From: an uncultured Actinomycetota bacterium
GTDB lineage: Bacteria; Actinomycetota; Actinomycetes; JACCUZ01
NCBI GenBank assembly: GCA_963723975.1
Contig: CAVRTI010000002.1
Location: 199,473 to 263,472, forward strand
Direction of reading: 5' to 3'
Length of the DNA: 64,000 bases
Shown here: positions 40,282 to 49,858 of the stretch, one piece after another
Layout: each line of letters starts with the position of its first letter
Position numbering within the stretch: the stretch's first letter is position 1
Translations under genes and position numbers: made by a program
The notes under the pieces: generated by a model
The model's input: only the letters and a program-made list of their open reading frames with translations
What the model was told of the DNA's origin: nothing
Databases searched by the model: none

Positions 40282-40680
40282 ATGACTGAGAACGCCACGG
40301 TCGGCATCGTGCTGCTGTCGCACAGCCGGGCGATCGCCGAGGGCGCGGCCGACGTGGCCGCGCAGGTGAGCGCGGGCGCGGTGCGGATCGTCGGCGTCGG
40401 CGGCACCGAGGACGGCCGGCTCGGCACGTCGCTGGACGCGCTCGCCGGTGCCGTCGACAAGGTGTCCGCGGGTGCCGGCGTCGTGGTCATCCCCGACCTC
40501 GGCAGCGCGGTCCTGACGGTCAAGGCCTACCTCGCCGACTCCGAGGCGTCCGGCGTGGTCGTCGCCGACGCACCCTTCGTCGAGGGCGCCGTCGCGGCAG
40601 CAGTCACCGCGTCCGGCGGTGCGACCCTCGCCGAGGTCCTCGCTGCAGCGGAAGGGGCGCGCGATGTCCGAAAGCTCTGA
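40282..40680 (+). CDS. dhaM: DhaM-type PTS EIIA(Man)-like phosphotransfer domain protein
   Basis: ATG 40282 with GAGGATAGAGG upstream. VGIVLLSHSRAIAEGAADV (phospho-His motif). Confidence 0.85.
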   Translation: MTENATVGIVLLSHSRAIAEGAADVAAQVSAGAVRIVGVGGTEDGRLGTSLDALAGAVDKVSAGAGVVVIPDLGSAVLTVKAYLADSEASGVVVADAPFVEGAVAAAVTASGGATLAEVLAAAEGARDVRKL

Positions 40681-40951
40681 GCAGACGGCCGAGGAGTACG
40701 TCGTGCTGCCGGCCGACCTGCACGCCCGGCCGGCCGGGCAGGTCACCAGGGCGGCGACGTCGTACGACGCACAGGTGTGGCTGAGGGCCGGGGACCGCCC
40801 CGAGGTCGACGCCCGCAGCGTGCTGGCCGTGATGGGCCTCGGTGCCGTCGCCGGGCAGTCGGTCCGGGTTCGCGCTCGGGGGAGCCAGGCGGTCGAGGCG
40901 GTCGCAGCGGTGGTCTCGGTCCTCTCAGCGGCCGAGGCCGTCGCCGGCTGA
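40664..40951 (+). CDS. HPr-family phosphocarrier protein
   Basis: ATG 40664 overlaps the dhaM 3' end. LHARPAGQV motif. Confidence 0.85.
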   Translation: MSESSEQTAEEYVVLPADLHARPAGQVTRAATSYDAQVWLRAGDRPEVDARSVLAVMGLGAVAGQSVRVRARGSQAVEAVAAVVSVLSAAEAVAG

Positions 40952-41134
40952 GTCGACCCCGGGACCGACCGCCAGCCGGGCGAGCAGTCGCGTCGTGAGC
41001 TGGACCTGGCCCAGGTAGCGCAGGCAGTCCACGCAGTCGGCCAGGTGCTCGCGCACCTCGCGGTGGCGGTGCGGGGGCACCGCTCCCTCGAGGTAGTCGG
41101 TGGCGAGCTCGACGAACTCCTGGCAGGTCAGCAC
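40925..41134 (-). CDS. zf-HC2 anti-sigma factor paralog (69 aa)
   Basis: GTG 41134. LTCQEFVELATDYLEG...HLADCVDCLRYL (C...HxxxCxxC). Its 3' end overlaps the convergent HPr gene by 27 nt. Confidence 0.6.
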   Translation of the reverse strand: MLTCQEFVELATDYLEGAVPPHRHREVREHLADCVDCLRYLGQVQLTTRLLARLAVGPGVDSAGDGLGR

Positions 41135-41151
41135 GGGTCCGGACCCGCTCG

Positions 41152-41427
41152 TCAGGAAGGACCCGGACCGGCGGCGTGGATGGTCCGGAAGGCCGCCACG
41201 AGGTCGGCCTGCGCCTGCTCGCTGAGCGTCTCGACCGGCACGTGGCCGAGCTGGTCGATGGTGGCGCGCATCTGCTCGAGGTAGGTCTCGCACCCCGGGC
41301 ACAGCTCGAGGTGCGCCTCGAGCTCGGCGACGGTGGCGTCGTCCAGCTCGCCCTCGAGGTAGTCCGTCACCAGCTCGACGACTTCCTGACAGGTGATCGT
41401 CGCGCCGGTGGCCTGGTCGCCGCTCAC
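41152..41427 (-). CDS. zf-HC2 anti-sigma factor (91 aa)
   Basis: GTGA overlap with the sigma gene. ITCQEVVELVTDYLEG...HLELCPGCETYLEQ. Confidence 0.75.
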   Translation of the reverse strand: MSGDQATGATITCQEVVELVTDYLEGELDDATVAELEAHLELCPGCETYLEQMRATIDQLGHVPVETLSEQAQADLVAAFRTIHAAGPGPS

Positions 41428-42155
41428 GATGCCGCCTCCCCCATGTCGCGGTAGTAGTCCTCGAGGACGGCGCGCAACCTGGCCCGGCCGCGGTGCAGCA
41501 GGACCCGCTGGTTGGCCGCACTGACGCCCAGCAGGTCGCAGACCTCCTCGCCCGACAGGCCGTGCACGTCGCGCAGCGTGACGACAGCGCGCTGCCGCTC
41601 GGGCAGCGCGACCAGCGCGGCGCCGAGCAGCCGCCTGGTCTCGGCGTCCACGGCGGACTGCTCGGGGCTCGACAGCCAGGGCGCCGGCTTCCCGACCAGC
41701 GTCCAGTGGTGCGGGTTCTGGTCGTCGTCCCCGCGGAAGCGGTCCGGGTCGACGGTCGGCCCGGCGTCGTCGGCGGCGTACGACGACATCGGCACCGAGC
41801 GGGCCTCCCGGACGCCGCGCGTCTTGGCCAGGTTGGTGAGGATGCGGAACACCCAGGTGCGCAGCGAGGAGCGTCCCTCGAACCCGTCGAGCCCGCGGAC
41901 CACCGCCATCCAGGTCTCCTGGACGACCTCCTCGCACGAGGCGTCGGTCGAGACGTGACCGCGAGCCACCCGAAGCATCAGCGGCGACCAGCCCGTGACG
42001 ATCTCGGTGAATGCGGCGTCGTCGCCGCGCCGGAGCCTCGCCACCAGCGCGCTGTCGTCGACCCGTGGCGCGCGTTGAGCGGGCACCTCGGGGTGGTGCA
42101 CGCGCAGGTCCCCGCCGGCGACCGTGCGGGGCAGAGCCTGGTCACGGGTCATCAT
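41424..42155 (-). CDS. ECF-type RNA polymerase sigma factor
   Basis: ATG 42155/42152 with a GGAGG RBS. Region 2 (EEVVQETWMAVVRGL) and region 4 (LSGEEVCDLLGVSAANQRVLLHRGRARLR). Confidence 0.85.
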   Translation of the reverse strand: MMTRDQALPRTVAGGDLRVHHPEVPAQRAPRVDDSALVARLRRGDDAAFTEIVTGWSPLMLRVARGHVSTDASCEEVVQETWMAVVRGLDGFEGRSSLRTWVFRILTNLAKTRGVREARSVPMSSYAADDAGPTVDPDRFRGDDDQNPHHWTLVGKPAPWLSSPEQSAVDAETRRLLGAALVALPERQRAVVTLRDVHGLSGEEVCDLLGVSAANQRVLLHRGRARLRAVLEDYYRDMGEAAS

Positions 42156-42234
42156 CGGCCACCTCCGTCCCACCGGGCCCGGTCCGAGCCTAGACCGGCC
42201 CGATGCCCCTCCGTCTGCCGAACGGCCCGAGGCG

Positions 42235-44066
42235 TTACGCGCCGGCCCGGACCCGGGCCTGGCTGATCGCCCAGGCGGCGTTGACCAGGCCGATGTGACT
42301 GAAGGCCTGCGGGAAGTTGCCCAGCAGCTCGCCGGTCTCCGGGTCGACCTCCTCGGCGAGCAGGCCCACGTCGTTGACGAAGCGCCACCGCTCGCTCGAA
42401 GACCGTCTCGGCCCGCTCGACCTGGCCGGCCAGCGCCAGCGCCTGGGCCAACCAGAAGGTGCAGAGCAGGAAGGTGCCCTCCTCGCCGGCCAGGCCGTCG
42501 ACGCCGCCGGACGTGCGGTACCGGTAGACCAGGCCGCGGTCGTCGGTGAGGCGCTCCTCGGTGGCATCGATGGTCGCGAGCATCCGCGGGTCGTCGGCCG
42601 GCAGGAAGCCGACGATCGGCCATCATCAGGTTCGATGCGTCGAGCTCGCTGGACCCGACGTACTGCGTGAACGCCTTCGCGTCGTCGCTCCAGCCGTCGC
42701 GCACGACCATCTGGTGGATCTCGTCCCGCGCTGCCGTCCACGCCGGCACCCGGTCCCCGGCCTGCAGCAGCTCGGCCAGCGCGATCGCGCGGTCCAGCGC
42801 CACCCAGCACATGACCTTGGAGTACAGGAAGTGCTGCGGGGCTCCCCGCACCTCCCAGATGCCCTGGTCCTTCTCCACCCATTTCTGCGCGGCGGTGTCG
42901 GCGCAGGCGACCAGGAAGTCGCGGGTCTGGTCGTCGAGGGACGCGAGCTGGTCGGCCAGCCGGTGCGCCGCCCCCAGCAGCTCGCCGTACACGTCGATCT
43001 GGGCCTGGTCCCACGCGCCGTTGCCGACCCGGACCGGCCGGCTGTCGCGCCACCCCTCGAGGTGCGGCAGCTCGCGCTCGGACAGGTCGTGCTCCCCGCC
43101 GACGCCGAACATGATCTGCAGCGCCTTGCCCGGGCCGAGCCCGGACGCTGCCGCCGTGGTCATGAACGCGAAGAAGTCGTCGGCCTCGTCCGGGCAGGCC
43201 GCCACCCAGAGGGCCTCCATGGTGAAGCTCGCGTCGCGCACCCACGAGTAGCGGTAGTCCCAGTTGCGCTCGCCGCCGACACCCTCCGGCAGGGACGTGG
43301 TGGCGGCGGCGACGATCGCGCCGCTGGGCTGGAACGACAGGCCCTGCAGGACCCGCCCGCTGTGGTGCACGAGGTCTGCCCACGGCCCGTCGTAGGACTG
43401 GTGCAGCGCCGACCACGACTCCCAGGCCTCGAGCGTGCGGTCGACCACGTCGGAGAGCTCTTGCTGCGACCAGGTCCGCGCGGGCGTCTCCTCCAGCGTC
43501 GACCGGTGCAGCGCCAGGTGCAGCGTCTCGCCCTCGGTCATCTCGACCCGTCCGGTGGCCCTGCCGTCGGCCAGGTCGAGGGCGACCGGGGTGGTGAGCA
43601 CCAGCCACTCGGCGCCGCCGCGAGCGGTGACCCCGCCGTCGACGGCGGCCAGCAGCGGGACCACCAGGCCGTACTCCGGACGCGGCCGGTAGTCGACCTC
43701 GACGTCGACCCGGCCGGCGACGCAGGTGACCCGGCGGACCAGCAGGTGCGGGACGTCCCGGCCCAGCCGGTGGCCGCCGTTGTCCTCGCCCATCGCCATC
43801 AGGTCGGTGACGACGAGGGTGCCCGTGCCGGTGGTGAAGGTGGTCTCGAGGACCAGGCTGTTCCCGACATAGCGCCGGGTGCTGACCGCGGCACCAGCCG
43901 GGGCGACCTGCCAGTGCCCTGCGTCGGCGCCGAGCAGCCGGCCGAAGACGGAGGGCCCGTCGAAGCGCGGGAAGCAGAGCCACTCGACGGACCCGGCGGT
44001 GCTCACCAGGGCCGCGGAGTGCCGGTCGGACAGCAGGGCGTGGTCACCGATCGGGGTGGTCGACAT
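42235..44066 (-). pseudogene. glycoside hydrolase family 15 (glucoamylase/trehalase-like), two frameshifts (near 42620 and 42383)
   Basis: The conserved sequence runs through three frames: ...NLMM | [24 protein letters not shown]...VFERAVA | [39 protein letters not shown]... Stop at 42235-42237. Confidence 0.85.
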
Positions 44067-44129
44067 CGAGGGCTCCGCTCACACGTGGTCGGGCAGGTTC
44101 ACTCGGTTCCGTCACGAGTGCCCGCGAGC

Positions 44130-44143
44130 CGTTACGCGTAACG
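44130..44143. promoter_or_regulatory. perfect 14-bp palindrome CGTTACGCGTAACG
   Basis: Located in the 136-bp divergent region between GH15 and the redoxin gene. It is AT-containing in a very GC-rich context. Confidence 0.35.
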
Positions 44144-44202
44144 CGACCGGGCGCCGGCGGACCGAGCGGTACGACCGTCCGCCCGCACCTCGGAGGAGCC
44201 AC

Positions 44203-44709
44203 ATGCACCCCGACCTCGTCCCCGGCAAGCAGCTTCCCGACCTCGAGCTGCCCGACCACACCGGCATCACCCGGACGCTCGGCGAGCTGGCCGAGGGCGA
44301 CCCGGTCGTGCTCACCTTCTTCCGCGGCTGGTGGTGCCCCAAGGAGCAGGCCTTCTTCCGCGGGCTGGTGCAGCTGCAGGACGAGGCGGAGGTGGCGTAC
44401 ACGCGGCTGGTGTCCGTGAGCATCGACGCACCCACCGAGCAGGCGGCGTTCCGGGCCGGGCTGGGTGCCCGCTGGACGTTCCTGTCCGACCGGGAGCGGC
44501 GCTACCTCGAGCCGCTGGGGCTGCGCGAGACCACCGACACCGTGTACCGGCCGTACCTGCCGACGGCTTTCGTCCTCTACCCCGACCGCACCATCCACTC
44601 GGTGTACAACGGCTACTGGTTCTGGGGCCGGCCGACCCTGGAGGACCTGCGCCGCGACCTGCGCGCGGTGTCTCAGCAGCTGCGGCCCGACTGGGAGGTG
44701 CCCGCGTGA
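44203..44709 (+). CDS. redoxin / peroxiredoxin-like (AhpC/TSA family) protein
   Basis: ATG 44203 with GGAGGAG at 44192-44198. Thioredoxin-fold pattern with FFRGWWCPKE. Confidence 0.8.
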   Translation: MHPDLVPGKQLPDLELPDHTGITRTLGELAEGDPVVLTFFRGWWCPKEQAFFRGLVQLQDEAEVAYTRLVSVSIDAPTEQAAFRAGLGARWTFLSDRERRYLEPLGLRETTDTVYRPYLPTAFVLYPDRTIHSVYNGYWFWGRPTLEDLRRDLRAVSQQLRPDWEVPA

Positions 44710-45212
44710 GCTGGTGCTGGTTCGCCCGGCTGGACGTCGGCGCCCGCATCGCCGACGAGCTGGCGTCGGCGCCGGTGACCACCACCGACGGCCGGCCAGC
44801 CGGAGTGCTGGCCGCGTGGCCGGCCGGCCGCAAGCCGGTGGCGTCGGCGGTACGGATGGACGACCGCCTGGTGGACGCCGCGGGCGCACCGGCCTGGGTC
44901 TCGCTGGTGCTGCTGCCTCGCGACCGGGCTCCGCTGTTCGACGACCCCGTCGTCTCGGGCGCGCTGCGCGGGGTGCTCGCCGGGCCGCCGCCGCACGGCG
45001 TGAGCACCCTGGTCCGCGACTCGTCGCACTTCGCCGGCTCCGTGACGGTCCGCCGGGAGCGGCCGGGCGTCCTGCGCGACGACCCGTTCGCCCGGATCGG
45101 CCCGGCCGCCGTCCTGCAGGTCGGCGCCGGGCTGTTCGGGCAGGTCGCGCCGGTGCCCGGCCCGGTGATCCAGCGCTACAGCGGCAAGCCCTGGCCCGCT
45201 GCGGGATTCTGA
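44706..45212 (+). CDS. hypothetical protein (168 aa)
   Basis: GTGA overlap with the redoxin stop. Very high GC3. No family recognised. Confidence 0.6.
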   Translation: MSWCWFARLDVGARIADELASAPVTTTDGRPAGVLAAWPAGRKPVASAVRMDDRLVDAAGAPAWVSLVLLPRDRAPLFDDPVVSGALRGVLAGPPPHGVSTLVRDSSHFAGSVTVRRERPGVLRDDPFARIGPAAVLQVGAGLFGQVAPVPGPVIQRYSGKPWPAAGF

Positions 45213-45221
45213 CGGCCGGGC

Positions 45222-46078
45222 ATGGCTCTTCTCGGCGGCCTGGCCGCGGCAGCATTCTTCGCGACGGCCACCCTCTGCTCGTCCCGGTCGACCCGGATGG
45301 TCCCGCCGACGTCGGTGCTGGCCTGGGTCATGCTCACCGGGCTGGTCGCCGTCGTGCCGGCTCTCGCCGTGACCGGCCCGCCGCGCGACCTGGGCGCGGC
45401 CGACGCCGGCTGGCTGCTGCTCTCGGGGGCCGGAAACGTGGTCGGCCTGCTGCTGGCCTACTCGGCGCTGCGTCGCGGGAAGGTCGGCGTCGTCGCGCCG
45501 GTGGTGTCCACCGAGGGCGCCCTCGCCGCGGTCGCCTCGGTGCTGTCCGGCGAGCCGCTGCAGACAGCGGCCGCGCTGCTGCTGCCGGTCATCGCGCTCG
45601 GGGTCGCCCTCGCGGCCTCCGGCCCGGCCGCAGAGGTGCCGGCCGACCACGACCCTGCCGCAGGCGACGGCCGGCCGGTGCTGCTCGCCGGCGCGGCGGC
45701 GGTCGCTTTCGGTGCCAGCCTCTACGCCACCGGCCACGCCAGCGCCGACCTGCCCATCCCGTGGGTGCTGCTCCCGGCCCGCCTCATCGGTGTGCTGGTG
45801 ATCGCCGTCCCGCTCGCCGCCCGTGGCCGGCTGCTGCTGACCCGGCGGGCGGTGCCGCTGGTGGTCACGGGGGCCTGTGCGAGGTGCTCGGCTTCGCCGC
45901 CTTCGCGCTCGGCGCCCGGCACGGGCTGGCCGTCGCGGCCGTCCTGTCCTCGCAGTTCGCGGCGCTCTCGGCGATCGCCGCCTTCGTGTTGTTCCGCGAA
46001 CGGCTGACCCGCCTCCAGGTGTCCGGCGTCTCCCTGCTGGCGATCGGGGTGGCGGCGCTCTCGGCGGTTCGCGCGTAA
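45222..46078 (+). pseudogene. EamA/DMT-family transporter, frameshifted near 45870
   Basis: Polytopic. The frame breaks in a G run at ...RRAVPLVVTG | GLCEVLGFAAFALGARHGLAVAAVLSSQFAALSAIAAFVLF... Confidence 0.8.
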
Positions 46079-46107
46079 CGCCCCGACGACGCCGGGGACA
46101 GACCGGG

Positions 46108-47500
46108 ATGGACGAGTACGACGTGGTGGTGGTCGGCGCCGGACCGGCCGGCGAGAACGCCGCCGGCCGCTGCGCCGCCGGTGGGCTGTCCGTGGTCCTC
46201 GTGGAGCGCGAGCTCGTCGGGGGCGAGTGCTCCTACTGGGGTTGCATCCCGAGCAAGACCCTGATCCGGCCCGGCGACGTGCTGGCGGCGACCCGCCGCG
46301 TGCCCGGGGCCGCGCAGGCGGTGACCGGGGCCGTCGACGTCGCGGCGGCGCTCGCGCAGCGCGACTACATGACCAGCAGCTGGTCCGACGCCGGTCAGCT
46401 GCCGTGGCTGGCGGACAACGGGATCGACCTCGTGCGGGGGCACGCCCGGCTGGACGGCGAGCGCGCGGTGCTCGTCGCAGTTCCCGGTGCCCCGCCGCGG
46501 CGGCTGCGGGCCCGCCGGGCCGTCGTCCTGGCCACCGGGACGCGCTCGGTGCTGCCGCCGGTCCGGGGCTGGCGGCGGCGCTGCCGTGGGACAACCGCGG
46601 CGCGACCGGCGGCGAAGGACCTGCCGAGACGGCTCGTCGTCCTCGGCGGCGGGGCCGTCGGCGTCGAGCTGGCCCAGGCGTTCCGCCGGCTCGGGAGCGA
46701 GCAGGTGACCTGCTGGAGGTCGGGCCCCGGCTGCTGCTGCGCGAGGAGCCGTTCACCGGCGACGAGGTGCGCGCCGCCCTCGAGGCCGACGGGGTCATCG
46801 TCGTGGTCTCGGCCGCCCTTGACCGGGTCGGAGCGTCCCGCCCCGGACGGGCCCGTGACGGTCCTCCTGGCGGACGGCGCCAGCCACGTCGGCGACGAGC
46901 TGCTGGTGGCCGCCGGCCGCCGGCCTACCACCGAGGACCTGGGCCTGGAGACCGTCGGCCTGGAGCCGGGCCACCCGGTCGAGGTCGAGACGCAGCTGCG
47001 CGCGACCGGCGTCCCGGGCGGCTGGCTGCTCGCCGTCGGCGACGTCAACGGACTGGCCCCGCTCACCCACATGGGCAAGTACCAGGCGCGCATCGCGGTG
47101 ACGTCCTCCTCGGCAAGGACGTCCGCGACCGGTCCAGCCGCGACGTCGTGCCGCGGGTGACGTTCACCGACCCCCAGGTCGCGCGCTGTCGGCCTGACCG
47201 AGGCCGAGGCGGTGGGTCGCGGGCTCGCCGTGCGCGCCGTGACCTACGGCACCGGGGACGTCGCCGGGGCCTACACGCTCGGGCAACGGCGTGCGCGGCA
47301 CCAGCAAGCTCGTCGTCGACCAGTCGCGCGGCGTCCTGGTGGGTGCGACGTTCACCGGCCCGGGCGTGCAGGAGCTGCTGCACTCGGCGACCGTCGCCAT
47401 CGCCGGCGAGGTCCCGCTGGACCGGCTGTGGCACGCCGTGCCGTCGTTCCCCACCATCAGCGAGGTCTGGCTCCGGCTGCTCGAGACCTACGGACTCTAG
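46108..47500 (+). pseudogene. class I pyridine nucleotide-disulfide oxidoreductase (FAD/NAD(P), CxxxxC), about 7 frameshifts
   Basis: GAGPAG and GGECSYWGCIPSK motifs. The conserved sequence alternates between frames, with breaks near 46563, 46609, 46710, 46830, 47097, 47183 and 47284. Ends at TAG 47498-47500. Confidence 0.8.
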
Positions 47501-47508
47501 GAGACACC

Positions 47509-48734
47509 GTGCCCGACGTGTCGTTCGACAACCTGTTCCTCGTCGTCCTGGTCGCCGCCGCCGCCCCGCTGGCGCTCGGCTTCGCACCCCGGCTGCGGCT
47601 GCCGTCGGTGGTGCTCGAGCTGGTGGCCGGGATCGTGCTCGGCCCTGCCGTGCTCGGCTGGGTAGAGGTCGACCTTCCCGTGCAGATCCTCAGCCTGATC
47701 GGGCTGGCCTTCCTGCTCTTCCTGTCCGGCCTGGAGATCGACGTACGCACGCTGCGCGGCGCCCTGCTGCGCGGTGCGGTGCTGGGCTACCTGGTGACGC
47801 TGGCCATCGGCGTGCCCGTCGGGCTGGCCATGGACGCGGCCGGCTGGGTGCGCTCGCCGGTCATCATCGTCATCGCGCTGTCGGCAACGTCGCTGGGGCT
47901 CATCGTGCCGGTGCTCAAGGACGCCGGCCAGACCGACGGGACGGTCGGCCAGAGCGCGATCCTCGCGGCGACCGTCGCGGACTTCTCGGCCATCGTGCTC
48001 CTGTCGCTGCTCTTCTCCGCCTCGGACGGCAGCACGTCCAGCAGGCTGCTGCTGCTCGGGGGCTTCGTGCTGCTGGTGGCGGTCACCGGGCTGGTCGTCT
48101 CGCGCGCCGGGAAGGTGATGCGGCTCGGCGACGTGCTGGTACGCCTGCAGGACACCACCGCCGAGATCCGCGTGCGCTTCGCCGTGGTCCTGCTGGTCGC
48201 CTTCACGGTACTGGCGGAGCGGGCCGGGCTGGAGAGCATCCTGGGTGCGTTCCTGGCCGGCGTGGTCGTCGGGATGGTCGACCGCGACTCGGCCAGCCAC
48301 CCGTCGTTCCGCACCAAGCTGGAGGCGATCGGCTTCGGCTTCCTCATCCCGGTGTTCTTCGTGAGCAGCGGTGCGAACCTCGACCTGCAGGGCCTGCTGG
48401 ACCAGCCCTCCGCTTGTTGCGGGTGCCGGTCTTCCTCGTGGCCCTGCTGGTGATGCGCGGAGTGCCGGCCCTGCTGCAGCTGCGGGCCGTGGGACCGCGC
48501 GCGACGCTCGCGATCGCGCTGCTCCAGGCGACCTCGCTGCCGTTCATCGTGGCGGCCGTGCAGATCGGCATCGAGCTGGGACGGATCTCGCCGGTCACCG
48601 GAGCCGCCATGGTGACCGCGGGCCTGCTCTCGGTGCTGATCTTCCCCCTGCTTGCGCTGGCGCTGCTGCGGGATCCGTCATCGGCCGGGCTGCCCGAGCA
48701 GCGGCACGAGCCCTCGACGGCGATCAGGATGTGA
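47509..48734 (+). pseudogene. cation:proton antiporter (CPA family), frameshifted near 48413
   Basis: GTG 47509 with AGGAG 5 nt upstream. Polytopic. The frame breaks at ...GLLDQPSA | LLRVPVFLVALLVMRG... Confidence 0.85.
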
Positions 48735-49234
48735 CTACAGCTCAATCGGACCCTGCTCGCGAGGCGTGAAGAGAAATAGGTGTGGGGAACGTCCTCGGAA
48801 GGGCGCGTCAGTGCCCGATTCCTCTGGCGAGCGGCTCAACCGACTGCTGCGGCACCGGGTGCTCGGCCTCTCCGACGTCGCGACCCTGCCGATCAAGCTC
48901 TGGTCCGACGTGACCTCCAACCGGGTGTCGCCCTCGTCGAGCCTCCGGGCTGCCGCGACAGGGCTCCCGTGACCAGGGTCAGCGCGGGCCCCACGCCGTC
49001 CCGGTCGTTCCAGAACTTCCACCGCACCCCCACCTGACCGCCGTCCCGCCTCGGGCTCGCCAGGCGCTCACCTCTGCCCCGTCGAACCATTGCTCAATGT
49101 GCCGAACCCGAGGCAACACGCGTCGACGCCAGTTGCCCCGCAACTGCTCAGTCGGAGCAATCCATGTCTGCGGCCGCCTGCCCAGCCGACGGCCCTTCCA
49201 CCAGCAACGAGCAGAGCACCTCCGACCTTCAGGG

Positions 49235-49846
49235 TCAGCGGGCGCCGGCACCACGCCTGGCTGCCGGCCGGCGTCGGGCCGGGGCCCGGGGCGCGGGGAC
49301 CTCGGCCTGCTGCTGGGCGACCCACGCGGCCCGGGCCTCGGCCGTCGTCGGGTCGAAGTCGGCCTTGGTGCGCCGGAACAGGTCCTGCAGGTCCGCCCAG
49401 AGCTGGTCGACGGAGGGCCGGCCCCAGAACCAGTAGCCGCAGTAGACCTTGTCGATCACGAGCCCCGGCCCGAGCACGAGGGTGTGCGGCACCGTTGCCG
49501 GGTGGTGCACGTCGGTGTACTCATCGATCGCCAGCGCGCGCTGCACCTGGAGGTCGGTGTCGCAGAGAAACGTCCACCAGGCGCCCGTCGCGATCTTCAT
49601 CTTGTTCGTGTCGTGCTGGTCGTTCGGCAGCACGGTGACCAGCTTCGTGAAGGCGACCGGCACGAGCTCCTGCAGCCGGAGCAGCTCCTTGTGGTGCTGG
49701 CGCTCCCGGGGGCAGTGCTCGCCGCGGCCGAGCTGGAGCACGAGGGCGTCGTCGCCCTGCAGGTCGGAGAGCCGGTGCATCGTGCCGGTGTCGTCCGGCA
49801 GCTCGAAGTCGGGCAGCACGGCGCCCACACTCAGTCCCTTGCTCAT
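49235..49846 (-). CDS. redoxin / peroxiredoxin-like protein (paralog of 44203..44709)
   Basis: Shares LPDFELPD, the single-Cys motif, WWTFL and GYWFWGRP with the other redoxin. Arg/Ala-rich tail. Confidence 0.75.
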   Translation of the reverse strand: MSKGLSVGAVLPDFELPDDTGTMHRLSDLQGDDALVLQLGRGEHCPRERQHHKELLRLQELVPVAFTKLVTVLPNDQHDTNKMKIATGAWWTFLCDTDLQVQRALAIDEYTDVHHPATVPHTLVLGPGLVIDKVYCGYWFWGRPSVDQLWADLQDLFRRTKADFDPTTAEARAAWVAQQQAEVPAPRAPARRRPAARRGAGAR

Positions 49847-49858
49847 GCTGGTGCCTCC

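Noticed and set aside
37872-40289. 805-aa ORF as a single giant phosphotransferase
   Set aside because: The N-terminal part of the frame is out of register with the true start (37816). The last 900 nt or so are antisense to a well-supported IclR gene and are Arg/Pro/Gly-rich, which is typical of spurious high-GC antisense ORFs.
42627-42640. GGTTCGATGC resembling a tRNA T-arm
   Set aside because: It lies inside the GH15 coding sequence. It lacks the TTCGAATCC-type loop with a matching acceptor and D-arm, and no cloverleaf can be drawn. No tRNA was found anywhere in the window.
41424-44066. 880-aa ORF suggesting a GH15-sigma factor fusion protein
   Set aside because: The GH15 sequence leaves this frame at about 42620 and finishes in two other frames, with its stop at 42235. 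The sigma factor has its own GGAGG RBS and ATG at 42155. The read-through is a frameshift artefact.
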